From the NCBI GenBank assembly GCA_036502945.1, contig DASXXR010000303.1, forward strand, positions 1 through 51,791: a DNA stretch of 51,791 nt, in the 5' to 3' direction. Both the position numbers and the translations under genes were made by a program. The notes below the pieces were generated by a model. The model saw nothing but the letters and a program-made list of their open reading frames with translations. It had not been told where the DNA came from and did no database searches. How positions within the stretch are numbered: position 1 is the stretch's first letter; every line of letters begins with the position of its first letter. Below, piece after piece: positions 40,074 through 49,547 of the stretch. This DNA comes from Paraburkholderia sp. Lineage in GTDB: Bacteria > Pseudomonadota > Gammaproteobacteria > Burkholderiales > Burkholderiaceae.

Positions 40074-40354
40074 GCAAAGTTCTTGCTGCGTTCGTCGGGA
40101 GAGACGTTGATGTTCGCGTTCGTGCCGCTATTGCGCACGTCGACGGTCTGGAACTGGTTGATCATCTGGTCAGCATAGAAGTTGTTCTGAACTTCGTACA
40201 GATTGACGACCGGGCCCATGCTCGGCGAACTGCGCACGTACGGCTGGATCCAGCCGAACACCCAAGGTGCGCCGCCGCCGCCGCGAATGGCGGTCATCGC
40301 CTTGCGGTCGAGAGCGAGGCTGTGCGAGAGGTCGTTGATTGCGATGGAAGCCAT
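40070..40354 (-). CDS. Double-glycine leader peptide P5 (94 aa)
   Basis: MASIAINDLSHSLALDRKAMTAIRGG|GGAPW...; GGAGA RBS. Confidence 0.85.
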   Translation of the reverse strand: MASIAINDLSHSLALDRKAMTAIRGGGGAPWVFGWIQPYVRSSPSMGPVVNLYEVQNNFYADQMINQFQTVDVRNSGTNANINVSPDERSKNFA

Positions 40355-40417
40355 GGTGTATCTCCAGGATGGCCGTCGAAAGCACGGCTGCAAGTCAAAA
40401 GTCGCTGCGTCGAATGG

Positions 40418-40433
40418 TGCAAGGGCTATGCCA
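40418..40433 (-). promoter_or_regulatory. sigma54 -24/-12 promoter for P5-PP2C
   Basis: TGGCATAGCCCTTGCA, near consensus. Confidence 0.85.
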
Positions 40434-40461
40434 GTTTGACGGCGCGCGGATGTTTTCGAGG

Positions 40462-40474
40462 TAACACATTGATT
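40462..40474 (-). promoter_or_regulatory. IHF binding site
   Basis: AATCAATGTGTTA, exact WATCAANNNNTTR. Confidence 0.7.
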
Positions 40475-40530
40475 GCGCTTCGATCTTTGCATGGCGCCCC
40501 GGACGACGAAGCGCGCATCGACTGCTTATC

Positions 40531-40547
40531 GTTGGCACGTGTCCAAC
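40531..40547. promoter_or_regulatory. Putative enhancer (UAS) palindrome
   Basis: GTTGG-CACGTGT-CCAAC. Confidence 0.6.
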
Positions 40548-40641
40548 ACTGCCCACTGCAAAGCGGCGGCACACCCAACACATGCGATTCGGCAGTTGGC
40601 GCAATTCGTCGCGCGACGCGCATTCGAAACAGGCATGAAGT

Positions 40642-40658
40642 GATGGCCTGTCGCCAAC
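40642..40658. promoter_or_regulatory. Putative enhancer (UAS) palindrome
   Basis: GATGG-N7-CCAAC. Confidence 0.55.
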
Positions 40659-40757
40659 ATATGCATCGTAATTCTGTCGGGCGAGGCCGCACAGCCGTGT
40701 GCGCACAACAGCGTCGCTTTGCTTGAAATTCCCGAAAATTCAATGGCTTGCGGACGC

Positions 40758-40773
40758 TGGTCCGGATGATGCA
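40758..40773 (+). promoter_or_regulatory. Putative sigma54 promoter for the LRAT gene
   Basis: TGGTCCGGATGATGCA (GG-N10-GC); IHF-like ATTCAATGGCTTG just upstream. Confidence 0.5.
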
Positions 40774-40823
40774 AAAGAGCTGGCAACAGTGTTGGCCTTT
40801 TGAATCGGAAACCGGAACAAGCC

Positions 40824-41360
40824 ATGAACACCACCCATCAACCCGTGAGCATCGAAGCGCAACGCGCTGCCGCTTATGCAGCGGCTGGCACAGTCGCCGA
40901 CGTCACGCTCGCGGGTCCCGACGACGAACCGGCACGCGGCGCGCATCTCGTTACACAGCGCCGCGGCTATGAACATCATGGCATCTATGCCGGCGACGGC
41001 AAGGTGGTTCACTACGCGGGCTTTGCCAACTCGACGCACCGCGCTCCGGTTGCCGAAGTCACGCTTGAACAGTTCGCCGCGGGCCATGCAGTCGCGGTGC
41101 GCCCGCATCCGCTTCCGAACTACGCCGGCGACGAAACGGTGCGCCGCGCGCGCTCGAGGCTCGGCGAAAACCGCTATCGGCTGCTGACCAACAATTGCGA
41201 GCACTTCTGCGCGTGGTGCCTGTTCGGCGAAAGCCACAGCGAACAGGTGCATGTCTGTCTGACTCACCCGAGCACCGGTTTGCATGCGCTGCTGTGCCTC
41301 GTGACGGCATGGGTCGGAAGCGGGTTGAAGGGCGGTTACGTTGTCGCGCGCGTCGCATGA
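40824..41360 (+). CDS. LRAT-family (permuted NlpC/P60) protein
   Basis: HHGIYAGDGKVVHY and YRLLTNNCEHF motifs. Confidence 0.88.
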   Translation: MNTTHQPVSIEAQRAAAYAAAGTVADVTLAGPDDEPARGAHLVTQRRGYEHHGIYAGDGKVVHYAGFANSTHRAPVAEVTLEQFAAGHAVAVRPHPLPNYAGDETVRRARSRLGENRYRLLTNNCEHFCAWCLFGESHSEQVHVCLTHPSTGLHALLCLVTAWVGSGLKGGYVVARVA

Positions 41361-41400
41361 CGCCGACGGTTTCTACGAATCACGCTTGACGGAGATCGAC

Positions 41401-41646
41401 ATGATTACCACCGAAAAGACACTGCACTGGGCCGTCGACAAGTGGCTTGCGCCGACGCCGGCTATGCCCGCACGCGTGACTCGCTTTTGCCGCACGCAAG
41501 CGTATCGCCGCCGTTGTGTTCGTGTCGAAGCGTCGAAGCCCGGCGGACTGCTGTCGATTTTTTTCTTCCGCCATGACGACGGTTCGTGGAATGTGTTCCC
41601 GCCCGCAGCGGAGCGGCCGGCGATGAATGGGTGGCGGGTTGCCTGA
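41401..41646 (+). CDS. Hypothetical small protein
   Basis: GGAG RBS; protein-like sequence (VDKWL, IFFFRHDDGSWNVFPP). Confidence 0.65.
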   Translation: MITTEKTLHWAVDKWLAPTPAMPARVTRFCRTQAYRRRCVRVEASKPGGLLSIFFFRHDDGSWNVFPPAAERPAMNGWRVA

Positions 41647-41676
41647 GTGGCTTGCTTGAATTGCCGCGCGCAAAGA

Positions 41677-41931
41677 TCAATTGTCTTCGTGGCAGTACCG
41701 CCGGCCGGGCAAATGGGACACGACTGCTTCGGCGATCTGCCGTGGTGTGCTTTCCGCAGGCACGACGCGCCGGCATGAACCGGCATCGTGCTTGAACGTC
41801 CATTCGACGAGCCGACATGAGCGCCCCCATGGTTGCTGCAATGGGGCCGAAATCGTACAGGTCTGAATTTGTAGCGCCTGTTCGTTGCCGGGCATCGCAC
41901 GAAGATGCTCGAACACCGTATCTTCCACCAT
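41677..41931 (-). CDS. Small protein, DUF2866-like
   Basis: ISAPLQQPWGRSCRLVEW..RRVV pattern recalled for this family; GAAGGA RBS. Confidence 0.55.
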   Translation of the reverse strand: MVEDTVFEHLRAMPGNEQALQIQTCTISAPLQQPWGRSCRLVEWTFKHDAGSCRRVVPAESTPRQIAEAVVSHLPGRRYCHEDN

Positions 41932-42227
41932 CGCGTGTTTCCTTCGTCGCATTGCATGCGCTTCGGTTTGGTTCGCGAAGCGTCGACCAGGAGGCGTCGA
42001 CAAGGTTTCCCCAACAGGGCAAAAAAGTGCCGCCAGAACTTCGGCGGCTCAACAGGGGTTAGACGCATCATTGCAGCGAAGAATTAAACGAACCTTAAGA
42101 CGGTGTCCGCGCGGTTCGCGCGCGCAACCGTTGTCCTGGACTATTACCGCATCGCCGTGATTCGACGTCGTAATCTGCAGTGGACGCTAACCGCGCTTAG
42201 CCAGATAGCCATCCAGGAGGTTTCATC

Positions 42228-44564
42228 ATGCAGATAGGCGGTCGCTACACAAATGAATCTCAAGATGCTTTCTACGACAACAGCCTGACGTCACCCTCGC
42301 CCAAGCCGGACAGGCGAACTGGAAAAGATCCAAAGTGGCCCCCGCCGCGGTTAAGGAAGCGCCTTGACTCGAAACCCGGCGTGCCGCCGGATGCGCAGGT
42401 AAAGGGCGGAGCGCGGGCGCCAGATGTGTCAGACGTCTTGCGACGCTATCCGGGTGGGGCCGAGATGGTTCCGCGTTTTCTTCTCTTCGACGACAAGGTT
42501 CGGCAGACAGAGGAAAAGCAGGGCAACGGTGGCGAGCTATCGATCGAGGACGGCGAGATGCTCAAGGCGCGCGATCTGTTGCGCGATCGGCTGGCGTTCC
42601 TGCGTCCAGCGGGAGGACCCGTTGCGATGCCGCGGCAGAACCCGCAGGAACCAGTCATTGCCAAACCCGCTAAACCCGCACAGAACCCGAACGACGGAAC
42701 GGTAACGAGCCAGGACATTAGCGGCAAGGTGCTGATCAAGAACGACTACTCGTTGCGCGATGTGCTCGGCACGGTGGCGGCTGCCGCGAAGTCGCCGGTT
42801 GCGTCGTTTGTTTCCAGCACAAAAGATCTGGTGAAAAAAGCCACTGAAGGGAAGGCACTGACAGCCGAAGAGCAGCAATCGATTTACCGGTACGCGGGAA
42901 TTGTGGATTCCTTTATGTCACTGACACCGGCTGGCGCTGTCATGCAGATGACCGGTACGACGATCGACATGCTGAATAGTGCGATCGACGGCGAGATGCC
43001 GCCGCCGGGACAGCTGGTTGACGATCTTCGCCAACCGCATGGGATGGTCAATCCGATGTCGACTGCGGAGCGGACCAAAACGAAGGTGTCTGGAGGTTCC
43101 ATCACAAAGCCCGGGGATGCGCAGGCGCCGGCCCCTCCCATCACGGTACAAGCGCCGGTCCAACGGCCTGTGCAGGTCCCACCTCCGCCGAAGCGGCCCG
43201 TTCATAGAGATCTGTTCGACTTTCCCAAGCTGAGGGTCCCGCCTTCCTACTGGTCGCAGGCGTCGAGATCTGTCGAGTCGGCGAAGCCACCCGCGTCACC
43301 GAAACCGCCCGTGTCGGCGAAACCGTTCTTCAAACCGCCCACGCGACTGGAAAACGGCCAGACCGGCTATGTGCTGAGCCCCACACGGCCCCCCCATCTG
43401 CCGCCCGAAAAGGGTAGCGAGCCCGAGCCCGGTGCGAATGGCTCTACCACCGCCCCTAACAGCGCTGATCTGGACGGTCCATCGGGCGCCTGCTGTCCGG
43501 GCCGGCGCTACTCGACCGGGGAGAACCCGTTGCCGGGCGTGCCGGTCTGGGCTGCCGGCAGCGACTTGAAGCGGCTCGCCGGCAAAGGTCCGGTCAGCCT
43601 GATGCCCGCTACCGATGCGCTGATGGACAAAAAGTCGGTCGAGCAGGTCCGCGCGCCATTCTTCTACTACCGCAATGATCGGGACGTGAAGGACATGGGG
43701 CTGCCGCGGGCCGTCCGCCAAACCGACCACGACATGCGGCGCGACGTGCTGACAGTCGGCAACGGCGACGACGTCACCTCATACGTGGCCGACTCGAAGG
43801 TTCACATGGGCAGATATTGGGGACATGGGCCCGCGATGCTTTCAGACAATATGGATGTCATCCAGTTAGGCAATGGCCGAGACGGCGTCGGGGCGATCAA
43901 GCTGCCGTTTGCGAATCTCCGCCCGGGTTCGTCGGTCGTGGTGACCGGCGGCGCGATGAACGGCTGCACGATGCTGTTCGCAGCCGATAAAAACGCCTTG
44001 TATGCGTACCACGCCGGCACGGCCTCGTTGAACGCGAGCTGGCATACGTCGAGCGACGGCGCGCGCAGCATTGCAGATGCGCACGACCTGATGGGCCCGC
44101 CCGACAAAGTGCCGCACCCGTGGCAGAACAACAATACCGATCTCATCGCAGTGGGCCGGCAGTATCCTTTTTCGGCACTCGTCTACAGCGGTCAATATCT
44201 GGCGCGAACCCGCGCTGTCGCAGGCGCCAGCGCTGTGGCGGCAGTGGTCGCCAACACCAAAGACCCGGTGCCGAATGCGGAGCTCGACGTGCCGCGTCAC
44301 GCGTACGGCCCGCGCGAGGGGCGCCGCTGGCAGATGATGACATTCAACTATATGGACCCGGACGACAAGCAGCGCAGCATCGGGGTTGCCGAGGCGGTTG
44401 TTTCGAAAGACGAGAAAGGCGCGATTTCGATCAGCGTGCTGGCCGAACGGGGCAGGCTCGACAGACGCACGTCGCTCGGCGACCGTGGTGACGCGATTGC
44501 CTACCGGTATAAGACCGCCGACAGCGATTCGTCGACGTGGTTCGTACCGATCCCCGTGCCGTGA
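42228..44564 (+). CDS. Pro-rich protein with C-terminal CNF1/DNT-type deamidase domain
   Basis: VVVTGGAMNGCT...YAYHAG aligns with the CNF1 SGNLSGCT...VHTG motif with identical Cys-His spacing; AGGAGG RBS. Confidence 0.75.
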   Translation: MQIGGRYTNESQDAFYDNSLTSPSPKPDRRTGKDPKWPPPRLRKRLDSKPGVPPDAQVKGGARAPDVSDVLRRYPGGAEMVPRFLLFDDKVRQTEEKQGNGGELSIEDGEMLKARDLLRDRLAFLRPAGGPVAMPRQNPQEPVIAKPAKPAQNPNDGTVTSQDISGKVLIKNDYSLRDVLGTVAAAAKSPVASFVSSTKDLVKKATEGKALTAEEQQSIYRYAGIVDSFMSLTPAGAVMQMTGTTIDMLNSAIDGEMPPPGQLVDDLRQPHGMVNPMSTAERTKTKVSGGSITKPGDAQAPAPPITVQAPVQRPVQVPPPPKRPVHRDLFDFPKLRVPPSYWSQASRSVESAKPPASPKPPVSAKPFFKPPTRLENGQTGYVLSPTRPPHLPPEKGSEPEPGANGSTTAPNSADLDGPSGACCPGRRYSTGENPLPGVPVWAAGSDLKRLAGKGPVSLMPATDALMDKKSVEQVRAPFFYYRNDRDVKDMGLPRAVRQTDHDMRRDVLTVGNGDDVTSYVADSKVHMGRYWGHGPAMLSDNMDVIQLGNGRDGVGAIKLPFANLRPGSSVVVTGGAMNGCTMLFAADKNALYAYHAGTASLNASWHTSSDGARSIADAHDLMGPPDKVPHPWQNNNTDLIAVGRQYPFSALVYSGQYLARTRAVAGASAVAAVVANTKDPVPNAELDVPRHAYGPREGRRWQMMTFNYMDPDDKQRSIGVAEAVVSKDEKGAISISVLAERGRLDRRTSLGDRGDAIAYRYKTADSDSSTWFVPIPVP

Positions 44565-44585
44565 TTCGCGGCCATGCGGGCGGCC

Positions 44586-44645
44586 GATTTACAACCTGAT
44601 TCACAACCCGATCCGCAGCCCGCTTTGCAGCCTGCTTTGCAACCC
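44586..44645. repeat. 5 x 12-bp degenerate tandem repeat between convergent genes
   Basis: gatttacaacct gattcacaaccc gatccgcagccc gctttgcagcct gctttgcaaccc. Confidence 0.7.
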
Positions 44646-44656
44646 GCTTCGAGCGC

Positions 44657-46393
44657 TTATGCGTCGGGCGGCACGCCCAGCAACTGCAGCACGCCGCCCG
44701 TCACCGCCGCGAATACCGGCCCTGCGACCGTGCCGCCATAAAACACGCGACCGGCCGGGTCGTCGATCATCACGGCGACGATCAGGCGCGGATCGCTCAT
44801 CGGCGCGATGCCGACGAAGAGTGCGCGATAACGGTTCTTCGCATACGTTGCGCCGACCTGCTTGCGTGCCGTGCCGGTTTTCCCGCCGACCCGGTATCCG
44901 GCGACGGACGCCGCCTGGCCCGTGCCGCCCGGGCCGGTCGCCATCTCGAGCATCGCGCGGATGGACGCCGCGGTCGCGGGCGTCGTGACGCGCGGACCGG
45001 CTGGTGCGTCTTGTGCGGCGCGCGGCGGCGTGCCCGCCGCCGTGTCTTGCAACAGCCTCGCGGGCCGCAGCGTGCCGTCGCCGGCATACACGGTGTAAAG
45101 CTGCGCGAGCTGCAGCAGTGAAGCCGACAGGCCGTAGCCGTAGGCCATCGTCGCCTGCTCGATTGGCCGCCAGCGCTTGTATGGCCGCACCTTGCCCGCG
45201 GCGACGCCGGGGAACGTCAGCTCCGGCGCGCGGCCGAGGCCATATTGCTGGTAGGTGGTCCAGATCGTTTCGGCCGGCAGATTCAGCGCAAGCTTCGCGA
45301 GCGCAATGTTGCTCGACTTCTGCAGCGCTTGCGCGACGGTCATGCGCCCATGGTCGGACGTGTCATGAATCACGTTCGGCCCGATCCGGTATGAACCCGG
45401 CGCAGTGTCGATCATGCTTTGCGGCTTGACCTTGCCCGCCTCGATCGACAGCGCGACGACGACCGGTTTGATCGTCGAACCCGGCTCGAATGTGTCGACC
45501 ACCGCGCGATTGCGCAACTGCCGGCCGGTCAGACGGGCGCGGTCGTTCGGATCGAAGCTGGGATAGTTCGCAAGCGCGAGAATCTCGCCGTTGCGCGCAT
45601 CCATCACGACCACGCTGCCCGCCTCGGCGTGGTGTTTCGCGATGGCCGCCTTCAACTGCGCATACGCGAGTTGCTGGATGCGACGGTCGATGGTCAGCTG
45701 GATCGTCGCGCCGTTGCGCGCCGGCAAGAGCGGCCGCGTTTCGGAGACGATGCGGCCGAGGCGGTCGCGAATCACTTCGCGCCGGCCCGGCGTGCCGCTC
45801 AGCGGCTGGTTGGCGGCCAGCTCGACGCCTTCCTGGCCGTTATCTTCGATATCGGTAAAGCCGACTACGTGCGCCGCCGATTCGCCTTCCGGATAGAAGC
45901 GCTTCGAATCGGCAATCTGTGTGATGCCCGCAAGGCCGAGCTTGCCGATGCGTTGCGCGGTGTCGGCGTCCACCTGGCGCTTCAGCAGCACGAAGGTTTT
46001 GTCGCCGGCCACGCGCCGGCGCAGCTCGGCAGGCGGCACATCCAGCAGTTGCGCGAGCGGACCGAGCGAGGCTTCGTCGATGAGCTTCGGCGTGGCCCAG
46101 ATTTCATAGGTGGCGAGACTGACGGCGAGCAGCGCGCCGTGACGGTCGACGATGCGGCCGCGCATCGCGTCGAGTTCGATCGTGCGCTGGTAGCGCTTTT
46201 GCCCTTGCTCGACGTAGAAGTGCCGGTTCACGACCTGCACCCAGAACGCGCGCCCGACAAGCGCTGCGAAGGCCGCGAACGCGATGACGACGATCAGCCT
46301 GGAACGCCACACCGGCAGCCGCGGTGCGAGAACGGGGTTCTTTGCGACAGGCGCGTACGGGTCGTGAGACTGCGCTTTCTTTTTTTGAGCCAT
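44657..46393 (-). CDS. Class B penicillin-binding protein (FtsI/PBP3 paralog)
   Basis: N-terminal TM; RGRIVDR, KRFYPEG, LTID; SxxK (EPGSTIK), SSN, KTG motifs. Confidence 0.92.
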   Translation of the reverse strand: MAQKKKAQSHDPYAPVAKNPVLAPRLPVWRSRLIVVIAFAAFAALVGRAFWVQVVNRHFYVEQGQKRYQRTIELDAMRGRIVDRHGALLAVSLATYEIWATPKLIDEASLGPLAQLLDVPPAELRRRVAGDKTFVLLKRQVDADTAQRIGKLGLAGITQIADSKRFYPEGESAAHVVGFTDIEDNGQEGVELAANQPLSGTPGRREVIRDRLGRIVSETRPLLPARNGATIQLTIDRRIQQLAYAQLKAAIAKHHAEAGSVVVMDARNGEILALANYPSFDPNDRARLTGRQLRNRAVVDTFEPGSTIKPVVVALSIEAGKVKPQSMIDTAPGSYRIGPNVIHDTSDHGRMTVAQALQKSSNIALAKLALNLPAETIWTTYQQYGLGRAPELTFPGVAAGKVRPYKRWRPIEQATMAYGYGLSASLLQLAQLYTVYAGDGTLRPARLLQDTAAGTPPRAAQDAPAGPRVTTPATAASIRAMLEMATGPGGTGQAASVAGYRVGGKTGTARKQVGATYAKNRYRALFVGIAPMSDPRLIVAVMIDDPAGRVFYGGTVAGPVFAAVTGGVLQLLGVPPDA

Positions 46394-46490
46394 GGGTGCG
46401 GACGAGGTTGAACACGTGACGCAGCCATTTGCTGGCGCCGCACCGATTGTAATTAAAACGTAATCTCAATGCGAGCGCCATGCGGATAAA

Positions 46491-46513
46491 GCAACAGCAA
46501 CAGCAACAGCAAC
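46491..46513. repeat. (GCAACA)n microsatellite next to a GC hairpin 3' of aqpZ
   Basis: gcaacagcaacagcaacagcaac followed by an imperfect hairpin agcggcggcgc..gcgcccgccgct. Confidence 0.65.
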
Positions 46514-46556
46514 GGCGAGCGGCGGCGCAGGCCGCGCCCGCCGCTGCGCTATGCGC

Positions 46557-47306
46557 TCAAGCCGTGGCTTGCGGCGCGCGAGCGTCGCCGATTGTGCGCG
46601 TGCGCCCGGCAAGCACCGGATAGACGACGCCGGCCACGACCGCACCGACGATCGGTGCGAGCCAGAACAACCACAGTTGATCGACTGCCGCGCCGCCGAC
46701 GAAGAGCGCGGGCCCTGTCGAACGCGCCGGATTGACCGACGTATTGGTGACCGGAATGGAGATCAGGTGAATCAGCGTAAGGCACAGGCCGATTGCGATC
46801 GGCGCGAAGCCGGCTGGCGCGCGCTTGTCGGTTGCGCCGAGGATGACGAACAGGAAGAACCCGGTCATCACGGCTTCGCAGAGGAACGCCGCGACGAGCG
46901 AATAGTGGCCTGGTGAGCGCTCGCCATAACCGTTGCTCGCAAAACCGCTGGCGACGAGATCGAAGCCGGGCTTGCCGGTCGCGATCATCGACAGCACAAA
47001 CGCGCCGAGTATCGCGCCGACGACTTGCGTCGCGATATACGGCAGCAAGTCACGCGCCGGAAAGCGGCCCGCGACTGCGAGCCCGATGCTGACGGCCGGG
47101 TTCAGATGACAGCCAGAGATGTGGCCGATCGCATAGGCCATCGTCAGCACGGTGAGACCGAACGCGAGCGAGACCCCAACGAAGCCGATGCCGAGGCCGT
47201 GCTCGGGCCCGGCGAAGCTGGCCGCAAGGACGGCGCTGCCGCACCCTCCGAGCACCAGCCAGAAAGTGCCGAACAATTCGGCGGCAAGACGCTTTGACAA
47301 GCCCAT
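46557..47306 (-). CDS. aqpZ: Aquaporin Z
   Basis: [33 protein letters not shown]. Confidence 0.95.
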   Translation of the reverse strand: MGLSKRLAAELFGTFWLVLGGCGSAVLAASFAGPEHGLGIGFVGVSLAFGLTVLTMAYAIGHISGCHLNPAVSIGLAVAGRFPARDLLPYIATQVVGAILGAFVLSMIATGKPGFDLVASGFASNGYGERSPGHYSLVAAFLCEAVMTGFFLFVILGATDKRAPAGFAPIAIGLCLTLIHLISIPVTNTSVNPARSTGPALFVGGAAVDQLWLFWLAPIVGAVVAGVVYPVLAGRTRTIGDARAPQATA

Positions 47307-47500
47307 AGTGTGTGTTCCTTAAAAATTCGACAAGCGGGCGCGCGGCGGCTTGATTGTCGATGCGAGCCGCCGGACTCCCGAGCGCGAAAGTTTAGGCACA
47401 CTACGGAAAAATGAGTGTCAAGAATTGTCATTGCGGCGCGATGCCGCAAGGTTTTGGCCGTCCGGCGCAGATCTCCCGGCCAGACGGCGACGGCCGCGCG

Positions 47501-49045
47501 TCAGGCCGGCAGCGCGAATGTCGAGATCGCCTCGCGCAGCTCGCTCACCTGGTCTTTCAGCGAGTGCGCGGCCGCGGCGGCCTGTTCGACGAGCGCCGCG
47601 TTCTGCTGCGTCACCTGGTCCATTTCGCCGACGGCGCGATTGACCTGCTCGATGCCGGCACTCTGTTCGCGCGACGCGCGGCTGATCTCTTCGAGAATCT
47701 CGTTGACGCGCCGCACCGACTGCACGAGCTCGGTCATCGTGGACCCGGCATTCGCGACCAGCGAAGCGCCTTCGTCGACGCTGCCGGTCGACGTCTCGAT
47801 CAGCGCCTTGATCTCCTTCGCGGCGGTGGCCGAACGCTGCGCGAGGCTGCGCACCTCCGCCGCGACGACCGCGAAGCCGCGGCCCTGTTCGCCGGCCCGT
47901 GCCGCTTCGACGGCCGCGTTCAGCGCAAGGATGTTGGTCTGGAACGCGATGCCGTCGATCACGCCGATGATGTCGCCGATCTGCCGCGAGCTGCTGGTGA
48001 TGTCGCCCATCGTCCGCACGACATCGTCGACTACGCGGCTGCCGCGCGTCGCGACGTCCGCCGCCTGGCTTGCCAGCTGCGCGGCTTGCATCGCGCTGTC
48101 GGCGTTGTGCTTCACGTTGCTTGTCATCTGGTCCATGCTCGATGCGGTTTGCACGAGCGCGGCGGCCTGCTCCTCGGTGCGCTGCGACAGATTGGTGTTG
48201 CCGGCGGCGATTTCCGTTGCGCCCATATCGATATTTTCGGTGCCGGCCCGCACGCGCGACACCGTGTCGACCAGCCCCAGCTGCATCGTACGCAACGCAT
48301 GCAGCAAGCTGCTCTGGTCGCCGTGCGCGACCGGCACGCTGGTCGCGAGGTCGCCGCGCGCCATCAGCTGCGCGGCCGCGACCGCCGTTTCGAGATCGCC
48401 GCCGAGCGTGCGCCGCACGCTGCGCAGTACGAGCACCATCACGACGCTGGCGAGCGCGCCGAGCGCCACCGTGATGGCAAGCCAGCCCAGCAGGTTCGCG
48501 ATGAACGCGCTCTGCACATCGTCCATGTACATGCCGGTGACGAGATACCAGTCCCACGGCGCGAAGCGCAGCGAAAAGCTGGTCTTCGCGACCGGTGTTT
48601 CGCTGCCGGGCTTGGCCCACAGATAATCGACGAAACCGCCAGCGCTATCGCGGTCGCCGGTCTTGACGATTTCGACGAACAGGTGCTTGCCATCCGGATC
48701 CGCGAACTGCGTGAGGTCCTTGCCGATCAGTGCGGGCTTGATCGGATGCATCAGCATGGTGGGATGCGAGTCGTTGATCGAAAAGTAGCCGTCCTTACCG
48801 TAGCGCATTGCGGTCATCGCGGCCAGCGCCTGTTTTTTCGCTTCGGGTTCCGTCAGGACGTGCTGCTGCGACAGCGTGTAGTAGTAGTTGACGATGGAGT
48901 TGGCTTCCTGGCCGAGCGAAGTGAGTTGCGCGCGGCGCTCGGAAATCATCGATACGCGGGTCTGCCACGCGCCGAACGCGCCGATCAGGATCAAGCCGAT
49001 CCACAAAACGGCGATCATCGAGCCGAGCTTTTTGTTGAGAGTCAT
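47501..49045 (-). CDS. Methyl-accepting chemotaxis protein with Cache sensor domain
   Basis: Two TMs; sCache-like region ([19 protein letters not shown]); [30 protein letters not shown]; start 49045 or 49054. Confidence 0.93.
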   Translation of the reverse strand: MTLNKKLGSMIAVLWIGLILIGAFGAWQTRVSMISERRAQLTSLGQEANSIVNYYYTLSQQHVLTEPEAKKQALAAMTAMRYGKDGYFSINDSHPTMLMHPIKPALIGKDLTQFADPDGKHLFVEIVKTGDRDSAGGFVDYLWAKPGSETPVAKTSFSLRFAPWDWYLVTGMYMDDVQSAFIANLLGWLAITVALGALASVVMVLVLRSVRRTLGGDLETAVAAAQLMARGDLATSVPVAHGDQSSLLHALRTMQLGLVDTVSRVRAGTENIDMGATEIAAGNTNLSQRTEEQAAALVQTASSMDQMTSNVKHNADSAMQAAQLASQAADVATRGSRVVDDVVRTMGDITSSSRQIGDIIGVIDGIAFQTNILALNAAVEAARAGEQGRGFAVVAAEVRSLAQRSATAAKEIKALIETSTGSVDEGASLVANAGSTMTELVQSVRRVNEILEEISRASREQSAGIEQVNRAVGEMDQVTQQNAALVEQAAAAAHSLKDQVSELREAISTFALPA

Positions 49046-49547
49046 CGTCTGCATGTCTGGATATCTGGATGGGGTGGCGGATGAGGTGCCGGGTGACGGT
49101 CCTTCAACGGCGTTTACGGCAGTGCCCGCAGCGCGGCGCAGCAGGGGAAACCCGTAACCGGACGCGCTTCTTTTGTCTGATAAATCAACCTTTTGCGACG
49201 GTAGCCGTGGAAACAAAAGCAGCGCTTTGCGGAGCTATTCGGCGTTTCTATCGCGGTGCGCCCATTCGCGCTAAATCAAACTGCGTCCGGCAAATGGGAT
49301 CGGAATTACACATTTTTCAAACTAATTCCATCAATTGCCAAAACGGCATGTGGGGAGCGACGTGCCGGGTTTATTTCCGATATAGTCGCCATTTTTGGCG
49401 AAAACAGAACGCGTCCGAATCACACGCACAGCCACGCTTTGAGCTGAACCAGAGCCGAATAAATCAATTCAATTCTTTTCCCAACAATGTTGCGCGAGCA
49501 ACTCAAGATGTTCTGCCGCAACTTCAGCGGTCAGCAGGAGCCATACG

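Noticed and set aside
20957-40354. Locus as a lanthipeptide, thiazole or Nif11/NHLP RiPP cluster
   Set aside because: Cores lack Cys, leaders are only 26 aa, and no modifying enzyme is visible
42030-42227. hrpII/PIP box upstream of the CNF1-like gene
   Set aside because: The TTCG half-sites I checked are not spaced by 16 nt
5450-49547. Integrative element or prophage explaining the interval between the phosphonate halves
   Set aside because: No integrase, transposase, tRNA or att-like direct repeat was seen
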